The notes under the pieces: model-generated
Databases searched by the model: none
Told to the model about the DNA's origin: nothing
What the model saw: the letters and a program-made list of their open reading frames with translations, nothing else
Made by a program: the position numbers and the translations under genes
Shown: positions 11,045-21,213 of the stretch, one piece after another
How the letters are laid out: every line of letters begins with the position of its first letter
Position numbering within the stretch: position 1 is the first letter of the stretch
Origin: a virus
IMG/VR virus record: IMGVR_UViG_3300030118_003002
Span: 32,235-96,234 of that record
DNA length: 64,000 nucleotides
Strand: one strand, 5' to 3'

Positions 11045-11223
11045 TCATTTCCCTCCTTGCGATTTAAATATTCTTGTATTCTTACAGGAATAACAATATT
11101 ACTATTGCATTTATCACAACATCTCCCATTTGTTACGGGTTGAGCATTATGTCCACTATCCCAATAAACTTCGCCATTATGGTATTTCTTTTCTATTTCT
11201 TCTTTACATATACTACATTTCAT
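11041..11223 (-). CDS. Small zinc-binding protein
   Basis: CSIC...HNAQP...CCDKC. Confidence 0.65.
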   Translation of the reverse strand: MKCSICKEEIEKKYHNGEVYWDSGHNAQPVTNGRCCDKCNSNIVIPVRIQEYLNRKEGNE

Positions 11224-11227
11224 TTAA

Positions 11228-12148
11228 TCACACCCATGTATCAGTTTGTGCCGCATCACAAATACCAAAGAAAGAACAATGCGAACAAGTCTTATAGAAA
11301 AACTTTGCAGGGAAATGCGAGTTTTCATAAGACCAAATCAACTTAGCAATATTATTCATTACAGAAGTCATTGTTCTTTTCTTTACGCCTTCCGAAAATA
11401 CATAATTAGAAACCGGATAATACCAGCCCCAATGAGTTACTTTCTTATTGGGGTCTAATCCGTTTTTAATCAATACTTCATCTTCTGCGCTTTCAATAAG
11501 TAATTGATAGAATGCCATTTCCTTTCTCATGCTTGTTGATTTGTAGTCTTTCCAAGCACCGGTTTTGTATTCAAAAGGAATATACCCTCCATCTTCTTCA
11601 AAGATTCTATCAATAATACCTTGAATATGTATTTTGTAGTCTCGCTTTAGAGGAAACTTAGGGTTTGTATCTTTATCAATTGTTATATTGGCATCGAATT
11701 TTCCTTCGTTACAAACAGGTAAGTATTCATCAATCTTATTTGCATCCCTCGCTTCAATGAACCTCTCGGCTTCAAACGCTGATTGAGTAATTGAAATATC
11801 CAAGTAATCATCAATAGGATGAAGACTTTGACAATACTCATACAACTCATTAGCAGTCATTGATTCTGCTTTCTTAACATCAAAGTCATTGAAAAAATTC
11901 TCTCTTGAATTGTGGCAAATTGTTCCTTTCAACATAGCCTCCGTTTGGTCTTGAGGCAATCTTTGAATATAAGAAAAATCATACTTTTTAGCACACCAAT
12001 CAAAAGAACCTAAAGAAGATTTAGTTATTTTTAATATAGGTTTGCTAGGGTCATCATAATTTTCAGGCTTCCAATCATAAGTAAAATCCTGCATAGCAGA
12101 AATTATTGCATTATATTTTTCATCGTTATTCATATTACCACCAATCAT
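11228..12148 (-). CDS. Cas4-like PD-(D/E)XK nuclease
   Basis: GIIDRI...FEYKTG; N-terminal Cys plus C-terminal CSHCSFFGIC. Confidence 0.8.
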   Translation of the reverse strand: MIGGNMNNDEKYNAIISAMQDFTYDWKPENYDDPSKPILKITKSSLGSFDWCAKKYDFSYIQRLPQDQTEAMLKGTICHNSRENFFNDFDVKKAESMTANELYEYCQSLHPIDDYLDISITQSAFEAERFIEARDANKIDEYLPVCNEGKFDANITIDKDTNPKFPLKRDYKIHIQGIIDRIFEEDGGYIPFEYKTGAWKDYKSTSMRKEMAFYQLLIESAEDEVLIKNGLDPNKKVTHWGWYYPVSNYVFSEGVKKRTMTSVMNNIAKLIWSYENSHFPAKFFYKTCSHCSFFGICDAAQTDTWV

Positions 12149-13016
12149 CTAATTTCTTTTGTATTTTACCTGTTCTAATACTCGACAAATCCCAATCCAT
12201 CGCCTTGTAAATAGGTTCGGCTTTCTTTATCACCTGTTCGGCATAATGTCGCCAATCGGGTTCATAACTTTCAAGGTCTGCATAAGTAGTTCCGGAAACA
12301 TATTCCGCTTGTCTTTTTTCTCCTGTTAGTGGATGAATGTATGTCTTATGCAAATTCCTTGCTTTCATAAATAAATATGAATCATCAAACTCAGCATTTG
12401 TGTTTTGCCAAGCATATAATATACCAGCAATACCCTCACCAAAAGAGGGTTTTGCATTGTCTAATGTTCTGAATAATTTACCTTCCACACCGCATTTTTT
12501 ACACCATTTAATGTGTTCTTTTATGCTATGCTTAGTTCCGCAATCCGGACATTTTACAGTAAGTCTATTGCTCTTTAGTCTAGACCTTTTAATAATAGAA
12601 TTAATAGGTATTTCGCCATTCAGAACAGAAGAATAAGTATTGTGTAAATACTTATTTATCTCGTCTTGAGTATTCTGATTCACCCACATTTTTAATACAG
12701 TAGTTTGAACTTCTTTTGCCATCTTAGTCTCACTAACTCTTTTAGCAGTAAAACCTGTCATGGTGAATTTGGGTTCATCTAACCATACTCCATCTTCCCA
12801 AGATACTAACCCTGCATTACGATTCTTTACCGTTCCTACACCTAAAGCAGAAAAATACTTTTCAAACTCTAACTGAACAGGGTGTTCATCTAAACCTAAT
12901 ACATTAGGAAAATGTTCTCTAACACTTGCTTCTATTTCTTTGATAGCAGTTTGAGCCTTTTCAACTGAATCAATCTGAACATAGATTGAATCCGTATGCC
13001 CATAAACTACTTTCAT
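12135..13016 (-). CDS. polB: Family B DNA polymerase, C-terminal part (motif C, thumb)
   Basis: VVYGHTDSIYV, LEFEK, KNRNAG, HYAEQV; CPDC...CKKC insert. Confidence 0.9.
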   Translation of the reverse strand: MKVVYGHTDSIYVQIDSVEKAQTAIKEIEASVREHFPNVLGLDEHPVQLEFEKYFSALGVGTVKNRNAGLVSWEDGVWLDEPKFTMTGFTAKRVSETKMAKEVQTTVLKMWVNQNTQDEINKYLHNTYSSVLNGEIPINSIIKRSRLKSNRLTVKCPDCGTKHSIKEHIKWCKKCGVEGKLFRTLDNAKPSFGEGIAGILYAWQNTNAEFDDSYLFMKARNLHKTYIHPLTGEKRQAEYVSGTTYADLESYEPDWRHYAEQVIKKAEPIYKAMDWDLSSIRTGKIQKKLDDWW

Positions 13017-13297
13017 ACTCCGCCCACCTTATCGGGTGCATATATTAGATTATTGAATGTTAATTCGGGATGCAACTTTTGTAGGTCGTTTTGCATTTCG
13101 TGAATCGCTTTTGCTACATTGTATGTTTGCGAATCCTCATTATGTTGCCTATCCAACTCTATTTCCAATCTTTCAATTGTATTTTGCAATCTTTCAATCT
13201 TCTCATCCAATTCATCTATTCTATTAACAAGACCTTCATTTTCCATAGTCAGTCTTTTGATTTCTTCATTTAATTTATCTAATTCATATCTATTCAT
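13013..13297 (-). CDS. Coiled-coil hypothetical protein within the polB split
   Basis: Heptad-rich sequence; ATGA overlap with polB-C. Confidence 0.65.
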   Translation of the reverse strand: MNRYELDKLNEEIKRLTMENEGLVNRIDELDEKIERLQNTIERLEIELDRQHNEDSQTYNVAKAIHEMQNDLQKLHPELTFNNLIYAPDKVGGV

Positions 13298-13402
13298 AAT
13301 ATCACCGTTACTATTGTTAAGATGGTTGCTATGTTCACGATATTTACCATCATCAATATCTTATTTGATTTTGCTATCATAGCCAGCAATTCTTCTAATA
13401 AT

Positions 13403-13573
13403 TCATTCGTCTTGTCCATCATCATGGTTAACACCTTGTTCTATTTCGGTAATGATAGCATGACGCTTCAAGTTATTCATCATTTGAAATATCTCCTTTA
13501 CTTCTTGTAAAGTAATATTCCAAGTTTCTTCTGTATCATACGATACTTTTACAGTTACATATTTAGTTTTCAT
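13403..13573 (-). CDS. Small hypothetical protein, 56 aa (not in ORF track)
   Basis: Read manually: MKTKYVTVKVSYDTEETWNITLQEVKEIFQ...; coupled to neighbours. Confidence 0.5.
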   Translation of the reverse strand: MKTKYVTVKVSYDTEETWNITLQEVKEIFQMMNNLKRHAIITEIEQGVNHDDGQDE

Positions 13574-13782
13574 TATCTTTTCCTCCTAGAATAAAGATTT
13601 CTGCCATCATGCATTCCTATTACATCACAATTTCTTTTAAGAAAATTAGCAATAGAACCAGAACAAGGAACGCAGTTAGTTCCATGTTTATCAACAAGCC
13701 TCTCTCTTACATGAACCGCAGTAAAGGGTTCATCCCAAAATTCAATCAAATTCATTATCCATTTTTTACATCTTTGTTTCAT
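13573..13782 (-). CDS. Small winged-helix-like protein
   Basis: PFTAVHVRERL...SIANFLKR...GRNLY pattern. Confidence 0.5.
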   Translation of the reverse strand: MKQRCKKWIMNLIEFWDEPFTAVHVRERLVDKHGTNCVPCSGSIANFLKRNCDVIGMHDGRNLYSRRKR

Positions 13783-13913
13783 TCAAACAACTCCTTATGA
13801 CCGCAATTATTACATTGTAATTTTGCTTTATCTTTCATTAATCTATAACCTACTTTTGGTTTCTTATACCAAACTATTTCCATTTTACCCTTCTTACAAT
13901 AAATGCATTTCAT
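13779..13913 (-). CDS. Small zinc-ribbon protein, 44 aa (not in ORF track)
   Basis: Read manually: MKCIYCKKG...LQCNNCGHKELFE; ATGA overlaps at both ends. Confidence 0.6.
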   Translation of the reverse strand: MKCIYCKKGKMEIVWYKKPKVGYRLMKDKAKLQCNNCGHKELFE

Positions 13914-15580
13914 ATTTTCATCTCCTTTGCTTTGAAGGCAGCCAATCTAATTGCTTCTCTAGCACTAGCAGTAATACTAGCCGCTAAATCAGCATCAGCC
14001 CAACTAAAACCGGTATAGCCAATGATTCCGTAAAATGAAGCCATTAGTCTCTTTACTGCCATTTGATTGTTATACCACTTGATATAGTCACTGTTATTAT
14101 TGTTCTCTCTCGCCTCACGCATAAGTCGCTTATATTCATTTCGGAGTTGCTTTAACTCTAAAACAGATTGAGGTAATAAGCCTAGTTTATCAGTTTTATA
14201 GAATCTATAATCTGATTCAGTTACTTCCGAGAAATCTCTAGGAGTAAGAAGATTGACCGATAATTCAGTTACTTCATTAGATTTAGTCTCCCATGAAATG
14301 TTTCTAGCAATCATCATAGCAGGGTATAGACCTGCATAATCAAAAGCCGCCACATTAAGATGTAGTCCGTTAGTGTTTTCACTTAATGGGTCATAAATCA
14401 TAGCCCCTTGATAGGACTTCTTTTCTGCTTTCTTATTACCTGTTGGTGCTTTCCACCAAGCATTACGCATGAAGTAAATAGAACCCATATGACTTGCATA
14501 AAAACAAGCATCAAATGGTGCTTTCAGTAATCTTTGTAGTGCAATAATCGCTTCGCTACAATAATTAGTTTCATCTATTTCAACAATTAATTCAACATCT
14601 TTTAGAGCATACTGCAAATAAGTTTCAGTATCTTCTAACCAAGCCCTACGATAGAATTCGTTTGGGTCGGGAAACTTTTCTGAAACTAACTTCTTCTTGT
14701 TAAGTAAAGATTCAGATACATAGTCCAAAGATAAAGAAGGTAATGTTCCTCTTTGCGAGTCATTCCATTGTCTTTCAAAAGCCATGTCTAATGAGAGGGT
14801 TATGCGACCCCCTATGGGTTGTTCTATTGGTGAGAACCCCTTTTCACCTTTAGTATATTTGAAGCCCTTCTTAGTCTGTTTAACACCATCTATGCGGTTA
14901 ATCGGTGACATTCTATTAGGGTTAATTCCTAAAGCACAACACCTTTCAAGCAATTTAGGTATATCAGCAAAGTTACCGAACCAAGCAATTAGCATATCGG
15001 GGTCTTTGTCTATCATTGTATTAATGAAATCTTCAAGCATATGTTTTTCATTACGACAATAATATACATTATTTATCTCTAAAGAATTATCAAATATGTC
15101 TATTGGACATTTTTCAGTAGGAAACCATACCCATTGATGGTATTCTTCATCATAATTATCATACATTACAATAGTAGTAATTTCATTATGGTGTTCTCCT
15201 CCTTGTTGCCATTCCATATCCCAATACCATTTACGCATTTTATACTCCGGCATTTCCGAAATACAATCAACTGCATATCTAAATGTATATGGAACATCTG
15301 CTTCATATGTTTGCTTAAACATTTTTCTAGCAGAAAAAACATCAAAAGAGTTTTCAACATATACTCTCTTTAATCTATCACCATCTAGATTCACCCATTC
15401 TCCTCTTTCATATTCAAACTCTCGTTTGATATACTTAGAAGGAGAATATGTTGTATGTTCCTTTTCGTTTTCCTTCACATAAAAGTAGGGTCTAAATCTT
15501 TCCAATTCGAATTTTTTCTCGTTATTCTCTCTCCAAGATTTGTATATGTGTTTTCCATCTAAACACCTACTAATTATCAT
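13910..15580 (-). CDS. polB: Family B DNA polymerase, N-terminal part (exonuclease, motifs A and B)
   Basis: YWDME, YALKD, AFDYAGLYP (motif A), QMAVKRLMASFYG (motif B). Confidence 0.9.
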   Translation of the reverse strand: MIISRCLDGKHIYKSWRENNEKKFELERFRPYFYVKENEKEHTTYSPSKYIKREFEYERGEWVNLDGDRLKRVYVENSFDVFSARKMFKQTYEADVPYTFRYAVDCISEMPEYKMRKWYWDMEWQQGGEHHNEITTIVMYDNYDEEYHQWVWFPTEKCPIDIFDNSLEINNVYYCRNEKHMLEDFINTMIDKDPDMLIAWFGNFADIPKLLERCCALGINPNRMSPINRIDGVKQTKKGFKYTKGEKGFSPIEQPIGGRITLSLDMAFERQWNDSQRGTLPSLSLDYVSESLLNKKKLVSEKFPDPNEFYRRAWLEDTETYLQYALKDVELIVEIDETNYCSEAIIALQRLLKAPFDACFYASHMGSIYFMRNAWWKAPTGNKKAEKKSYQGAMIYDPLSENTNGLHLNVAAFDYAGLYPAMMIARNISWETKSNEVTELSVNLLTPRDFSEVTESDYRFYKTDKLGLLPQSVLELKQLRNEYKRLMREARENNNNSDYIKWYNNQMAVKRLMASFYGIIGYTGFSWADADLAASITASAREAIRLAAFKAKEMKI

Positions 15581-16375
15581 TCAGTCAACTCCTGTAAAGG
15601 GTGCTTTTACAATCATCTTATTTTCCCCAACAATCAAAAGAGGAAACTCATCCTTTACATAAAAGTTAAGCAATCCTTGTCCTCTCAAGAATCTATGAAG
15701 TGGACTTGAATACTGCAAAGTAGCAGCATCACCTATTGATTGAGTCGGGTGTAAAACCTGTTCATAACTATTAGCAGTTCCATTTTCACTGCTAATCTGA
15801 ACCGTAGCATGAACACCTGCGTCATTATCAACAGGTAAATAATTCAAAAGATAGACACCGCTTTTAACCAATTCACAACCACTAACTGCTTCATCAAATG
15901 ATATATCAGTTATTTGAAATGCACCTTCAAAGTTTGAAGAACCAAACTTCCATAGATTATTAATCACAGGTTCATATGTTACATCAGCAACCATTTGTTT
16001 GATTCTTTCAATAGCATCAATGTTAGGATGATTAACTGCGGCTGGAATAGAAGCGGATTTATTTCCGCCACTAACTCCCAAAAAGTCACCATAACTAAGA
16101 GTAATAATACCATTAAACTTCTTCAAGTAAGGTATAATCATAGCGGCATTACCAATAAATGTGCCTTCTTCTAATGTTTCTTCAACAGGCAAAGATACCG
16201 TTAACCCAAATGTAGTGTCACCATTCCATAGGGTTAAGGTATCGTTTGCCAATTCCATTAAAACATATTCTCCTAACTTAGAGTTAGTTAAACCACTGTC
16301 TCCTAAATACATTCCTTTTCCTTGTATATCTTCTAATCCTTTTATTAATATCTTTGGTGTTATTCTAAACTTCAA
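15581..16375 (-). CDS. pcn: Sliding clamp (PCNA-like)
   Basis: 264 aa two-domain size, C-terminal EFPLLI...IVKAP, adjacent to polB. Confidence 0.65.
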   Translation of the reverse strand: MKFRITPKILIKGLEDIQGKGMYLGDSGLTNSKLGEYVLMELANDTLTLWNGDTTFGLTVSLPVEETLEEGTFIGNAAMIIPYLKKFNGIITLSYGDFLGVSGGNKSASIPAAVNHPNIDAIERIKQMVADVTYEPVINNLWKFGSSNFEGAFQITDISFDEAVSGCELVKSGVYLLNYLPVDNDAGVHATVQISSENGTANSYEQVLHPTQSIGDAATLQYSSPLHRFLRGQGLLNFYVKDEFPLLIVGENKMIVKAPFTGVD

Positions 16376-17190
16376 ATGTTACCCTCCTTTAATTCAGGAA
16401 TACCGTTCCAAACGATATTAGGCGGTGTGCCTTGTCTAATAGTCCAAGTAGTGCCAACCAAATTACCATTTGTTCGGCTACCAACTAATTCAGCCAAATA
16501 GTGCATTTCGCCTTTTATTTTCTTTCTTGAACAATGTATTTCTTGTTCTAGTTTTCCTCCCCAATCTTTCCAATTAGCAATCATACCAATCGGAGAGCCG
16601 TCTTGATACTTTTCTGTTTCATGAGTAATATAAATTACATCACAATCAAGAAGATATATCGAATCTAATAGGTGATAGAAAGTCTTGTTTCTAGCACCAT
16701 ACTGATACGGCATAACCTTTGTGACTAAAGTAGGATTAGGGTTAATTTTCAATATACATGAATCTAACCATGTATCAACACCGTCTAATACAAAAACGGG
16801 TCTTTCTCCTTCTTCAATCTTAGACCTAACATATTTGATAAACATATGCGAATTGTCTTCGCTCTTTGTTATATCAATTACATTGTCTTTATTCATTTCA
16901 ATGGGACAGAACACTTGTATGCGCTCAGTCGCTTCGTGATGTTCACGCCATGTTGATTCAACACCTTTATCCCAATCTAAAACATAAATTGGTCTATCGG
17001 GGAAATCTAAAGCAATTCCTGTCTTTCCTGTTTTGGGATGACCCCAAATACCTAATACTAATCTTGAATTAACTTGCTTTCTTTTTTCAGCCATCATTTG
17101 CTGAAACTTGTTGTTAAAATCTTCTTGCGCTTTTCCAAAACTCATATTACTAGCATTACCTTGTCTGTTCGTTAAACTCATCTTCTTCAC
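16372..17190 (-). CDS. RecA-fold P-loop ATPase (AAA_24/Sak4-like)
   Basis: GHPKTGKT, VLDWDKG, FVLDGVD, YITHE. Confidence 0.7.
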   Translation of the reverse strand: MKKMSLTNRQGNASNMSFGKAQEDFNNKFQQMMAEKRKQVNSRLVLGIWGHPKTGKTGIALDFPDRPIYVLDWDKGVESTWREHHEATERIQVFCPIEMNKDNVIDITKSEDNSHMFIKYVRSKIEEGERPVFVLDGVDTWLDSCILKINPNPTLVTKVMPYQYGARNKTFYHLLDSIYLLDCDVIYITHETEKYQDGSPIGMIANWKDWGGKLEQEIHCSRKKIKGEMHYLAELVGSRTNGNLVGTTWTIRQGTPPNIVWNGIPELKEGNI

Positions 17191-17470
17191 CTAATTCATC
17201 TATATCTATTTCTATTTTATTTCCATGAACCTTAGTCCATTCTTCTATTATTACTTTAAGTTCTTCTCTAGAGCAAACATATCTTGCTTCTTTCGAACCT
17301 ATGTGCATCTTTAGCCAATAGGTTTCATATTCTGTTGCATTCTCTTTCCAAGTTAGGAAGTCAACATTTATCAAATCAATGATATAACTATTACCCTTGA
17401 TTAGAAACCTTCCTTCTAATATTCCATTCATTTTAATACCTCTTAAATCTAAACAGGGCTTCGCACCCAT
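17156..17470 (-). CDS. Hypothetical protein
   Basis: Operon position; likely start MNGILEG. Confidence 0.55.
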   Translation of the reverse strand: MGAKPCLDLRGIKMNGILEGRFLIKGNSYIIDLINVDFLTWKENATEYETYWLKMHIGSKEARYVCSREELKVIIEEWTKVHGNKIEIDIDELGEEDEFNEQTR

Positions 17471-17531
17471 TTGAGCATCTATTTCTCCACAAGTTTATGC
17501 TTACACTTGTATGCCTCATTTGGAGTTAAAT

Positions 17532-18830
17532 TCAATAAGTTTCAAACCAATCAAAATCGGTTTCAACCGGTTGGTTCACTTCAACAGGTGAACCTCTCTT
17601 TTCTGTTACATATAGTCCGGTAACATTAATTGTTACAGGGTCAGCCCCTTCATCAGTTATTCGCTGTGAAGTTCTTCCTACAATAATAACAGAAGAACCA
17701 ATACCAAAGTCCAACTCAACATTAGACGGAATCCAACAAGTAGTCATATTGTTATCGTTATCATAGTCGAATTCAGCATTTAGGTCAGTTATATTCAAAA
17801 TACGATTACCATTCTTTGTAGGCATCATATTCATATTACAGACTGTTCCATCAGTAATAACGAAACGCTCACTAGTAGGTAGTGTCTGCCTAAGAATGTG
17901 CGCTCTATCAATTTCAACCAATGGTGTTAAATGGCTACCAAAGTTATTTGCTAGACATTCTTCGAAATCGTAATTATCCATATTTCTATAATCAGAATTG
18001 TCTGGATTTAAGTCAGCATTTCTAATTAGACTTGCTTTAGTCACATCAGTCATACCATACAAATTATTACCATCATCACTAGGAATTGCTACAAAGTGAA
18101 CAAAATCATAGGTATTTGGAGTAAAGTCAACTCCACCTTGATTCTTATATGAGAAATTATATTTCTTCATTTCTCCACCTTCAACACTTCCATAAAATAC
18201 CCCGCTTCTTCTAAATTGCTCCAAAGGAAGCGGCTTACCGTAGTTACGGTTTTCTCCGCCATTTTGGTATCTTTCTGTATTATCTAAAGGAATAACCCAT
18301 ACACCATCTTCCATTTCTTCAGCAGTGGCAGGTCTTTCAGTTACAGTCTTTTGTTGTAGTTCCCCTTTGTAGTAGCGGGTAATTTGCCAGCCCGTAGCAG
18401 TTTCTTCAACATTAGCAACAATACCTTCTTGCAAAGCATTATCGGCATCTCTCCTGTATTCTTCCTTAGCCTTATTTCTGTTCCAACTCATCATGTCTCT
18501 CGGTTCTTCAAGAGCCACAAAGAAACCAAATGCTTTCTTTACAAGTGAACCACTTGATGAATTGTTTGGTTTATTAGCCCTTTTACTTTGAGCAACATAA
18601 TTACGCCAAAGTCCCTTTGCCAAAGGGTCGTCTGTTCCTATTCCATTTTCTGCACAAATGCTTTCAAATTTAGCAATTGCATCTTCAACGCTCATATCAA
18701 TATATTGCACAGATTTTTCTATTTCATTCTTCATTTCTTCATTCATATTTTTCCCTCTTTTTTTTCTCAAATTAATTGTCCTACCATCCAAGATAATATT
18801 ACCTTTGGTGTCATGGTAGTGGAACGCCAT
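17532..18830 (-). CDS. RPA-like OB-fold ssDNA-binding protein
   Basis: C-terminal OB-like ITDGTV...LNITD...IIVGRT, acidic/aromatic tail; likely start MNEEMK. Confidence 0.55.
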   Translation of the reverse strand: MAFHYHDTKGNIILDGRTINLRKKRGKNMNEEMKNEIEKSVQYIDMSVEDAIAKFESICAENGIGTDDPLAKGLWRNYVAQSKRANKPNNSSSGSLVKKAFGFFVALEEPRDMMSWNRNKAKEEYRRDADNALQEGIVANVEETATGWQITRYYKGELQQKTVTERPATAEEMEDGVWVIPLDNTERYQNGGENRNYGKPLPLEQFRRSGVFYGSVEGGEMKKYNFSYKNQGGVDFTPNTYDFVHFVAIPSDDGNNLYGMTDVTKASLIRNADLNPDNSDYRNMDNYDFEECLANNFGSHLTPLVEIDRAHILRQTLPTSERFVITDGTVCNMNMMPTKNGNRILNITDLNAEFDYDNDNNMTTCWIPSNVELDFGIGSSVIIVGRTSQRITDEGADPVTINVTGLYVTEKRGSPVEVNQPVETDFDWFETY

Positions 18831-19717
18831 TCGCTTTCTCCTATTGTTCTTAGTAACTTAAATTTAGTTAGATTATCTAATCCTTCTGAATTAATTATTG
18901 TATCGTGAATACCAACACAAATCTCTTTTACTGTTCTTCCTTCATAAATTAAATTATGAAGTAATGTAAGAGATTCATTTGGTTTTTTATCTAGTATTAG
19001 CATTAGTATTTTGTTATATTCTTGTAGTGAATTTTCTATTTGCTTTGTTAATGAAAAGCCGGATGATTTAGCCGCTTGTAATTCCGTAATCGCCCTACGC
19101 ATATCACCGTCTAAGGAGGCTATAAAGGGAGTCAACTCATCATCCGAAAAACTAGTCACCTGTTCATTTCGAAGTATTTCCTTGATTACTTCTAATACTA
19201 CTTCATTAGATAGTGGCTTAAAATGATAGTTAGCACACCGGCTTTGTAGTGGGTGAATAATCTTGCTTTTATCATTACAAGTAATAATGAAACGAATATT
19301 ACCAGAATATCTTTCCATGATTCTTTTCAAAGCATTTTGAGCATCCTTTGTCATACCATCCATTTCATCTAATAGACAAATCCTAAAGGGAACATCTCCA
19401 ATAGTTCCGCTTTGAGCAACCCTTTTGATAGTGGTTCTAATTACTTCTAGTCGCCTATCATCAGAAGCATTTACTTCAACAAAATTATCTTTAGCATTTT
19501 CACCTAAGATACTTTTTGCCAAAGCCAAACCTGCTCCTGTTTTACCTGTCCCAGCATTACCATAAAGTAATACATTAGGCATATTTCTTTCTTCAACCCA
19601 TACTTCCGCATCTAAAACAAAATGCTCTTGTCCTTTGATATTTCGCAAAGTCTTAGGTCTATATTTTTCAGTCCACAACATTTCTCTTCCTCCAATTTGG
19701 TAATACTGTTCCGCCAA
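18767..19717 (-). CDS. rfcS: Replication factor C small subunit (clamp loader)
   Basis: LWTEKYRP, GNAGTGKT, EVNASD, LLDEMD, LQSRC, GDMRRAI. Confidence 0.92.
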   Translation of the reverse strand: MAEQYYQIGGREMLWTEKYRPKTLRNIKGQEHFVLDAEVWVEERNMPNVLLYGNAGTGKTGAGLALAKSILGENAKDNFVEVNASDDRRLEVIRTTIKRVAQSGTIGDVPFRICLLDEMDGMTKDAQNALKRIMERYSGNIRFIITCNDKSKIIHPLQSRCANYHFKPLSNEVVLEVIKEILRNEQVTSFSDDELTPFIASLDGDMRRAITELQAAKSSGFSLTKQIENSLQEYNKILMLILDKKPNESLTLLHNLIYEGRTVKEICVGIHDTIINSEGLDNLTKFKLLRTIGESEWRSTTMTPKVILSWMVGQLI

Positions 19718-19961
19718 CTTCTCTCTTTACATCTATGTATTCGTAAGAAGGATTTGTTTTCCAAAGAGTTACTTTGGCATTTTTCCTTGACTTCACAAAT
19801 AACTTATTCTTAGAAAGAATACAAGCGATTTGTTGAGTAGTAAAAGACCTACCCCTACTACTATGACCGTATTCTTTCAATTCATGTATAATTTCTCCAA
19901 CTCCTAATTCTCTATCTTGTAAGACATAAAACAAGGAATTTACTAACTGTTTATTTCTCAT
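19668..19961 (-). CDS. Winged-helix-like protein
   Basis: LGVGEIIHEL...TTQQIACILSK...FVK...LWK. Confidence 0.5.
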   Translation of the reverse strand: MRNKQLVNSLFYVLQDRELGVGEIIHELKEYGHSSRGRSFTTQQIACILSKNKLFVKSRKNAKVTLWKTNPSYEYIDVKREVGGTVLPNWRKRNVVD

Positions 19962-20809
19962 AAATATTCCTCCAATGTATTCATTTTTACTTTTATTTTT
20001 TCCGTTCTTTTTCTTCTTTTCTTTTCACCTAAGTTAAGAATCCTACAATCAGCATTGTTAAACTTAGTTTTAACATACTTTACAAATTCTTCATCATTTT
20101 TCATCTGCGTAAAGATTCTTTTATCTCCATTCTTGATACCTATTCTTTTTAGAAGTCTAGGTATCTTAGAATAACTACCTCTTGATGGCATATTGATTCT
20201 TCCATAGACATTACCGCTATGGCAATAAGCCAACATCTCATAGAAATAGTTTTGACTCCATCTTCTTTTTACTACACCATCAATAAATAATATCTTATTA
20301 GGGTGAATGTTTTCAACAAGCCAAGACATAATCTGTGTGTCGGCTGGTTTATTGTGTTTCAATACTTCCGAAACAATGTCTCTATCAGTTTCTTTTAGAT
20401 AGAACATAACCAAAGAGTAGGTGTCCATATCTAAAGCAAACGGTTCTTGACAATGCGGTGCTAATTCTTTGATTGATTCTGCTAAATAGTTATGAGAACC
20501 TGCTCTTTTGATTTGGCACTTAGCCTTGATTTCCTTTGGAACATCTTTCTCATTTATCGAAGTTAAAACTATTTCACCTCTATACCTTCTAATAACATTG
20601 AGAATAGAATCTTTATTAGGTTTGTAATGCACATCTTCTATAATAATACCATTCTCTTTAGGTAAAGAACCTAAATCTTGAATGTTCATTTCGTTTGCAT
20701 ATACAACTAAAGCGTTGGGTAACATACCTTTTGCCTTTGTTGTTTTTCCTGTTCCTGTTTTTCCTGTTATTAGTATTGGTCTATTGTTATTCAAATTACT
20801 CATACCCAT
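19958..20809 (-). CDS. AAA+ ATPase, RFC large-subunit-like
   Basis: PILITGKTGTGKT, IIIEDVH; near rfcS. Confidence 0.6.
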   Translation of the reverse strand: MGMSNLNNNRPILITGKTGTGKTTKAKGMLPNALVVYANEMNIQDLGSLPKENGIIIEDVHYKPNKDSILNVIRRYRGEIVLTSINEKDVPKEIKAKCQIKRAGSHNYLAESIKELAPHCQEPFALDMDTYSLVMFYLKETDRDIVSEVLKHNKPADTQIMSWLVENIHPNKILFIDGVVKRRWSQNYFYEMLAYCHSGNVYGRINMPSRGSYSKIPRLLKRIGIKNGDKRIFTQMKNDEEFVKYVKTKFNNADCRILNLGEKKRRKRTEKIKVKMNTLEEYL

Positions 20810-21213
20810 TATATCAATCCCTTTATACGGAATAATTCTTCCATACCTTCTAGCGTTAAGTGTTTATTATCTGAAACTATTCCTACTGCTTTCCTAAACG
20901 GAGTCCATAGGTCATTCTTATCAATAAGATGAGGATGGATTAAAACCATCAATCTATACATATTTTTAATGCCACCAATTTTTAGTATTGGTGCAGGTCT
21001 TGATTTAGATTCCTGTTGTATTACAGAAGATTTTATTTCGTGTTGAAGAAGCGTTCTCGACACTGCTTCAACAAACTTCTCTCTTCCTCTTAACTTAACC
21101 ATCAATCTAACTCTATAACCTATGTTAGAATTATCATCTCTTATGATTTGTATTTCAGGTTTTCCTACACTTAACATAATTCCTACTATCATATCTTTAC
21201 TATACATATTCAT
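20809..21213 (-). CDS. Degenerate single-domain LAGLIDADG-like protein
   Basis: MIVGIMLSVG helix, GYRVRL strand, KHLTLEGMEEL tail; catalytic acidic residue absent. Confidence 0.55.
   Translation of the reverse strand: MNMYSKDMIVGIMLSVGKPEIQIIRDDNSNIGYRVRLMVKLRGREKFVEAVSRTLLQHEIKSSVIQQESKSRPAPILKIGGIKNMYRLMVLIHPHLIDKNDLWTPFRKAVGIVSDNKHLTLEGMEELFRIKGLI

Noticed and set aside
11228-12148. Cas4-like gene as evidence of a CRISPR-Cas locus
   Set aside because: No repeat-spacer array or other cas genes; solo Cas4-like nucleases are common in viral replication modules
13017-13909. Intein or self-splicing intron within polB
   Set aside because: No Cys/Ser...His-Asn intein ends; the interval is filled by coupled small ORFs; no BHB or group I core recognised
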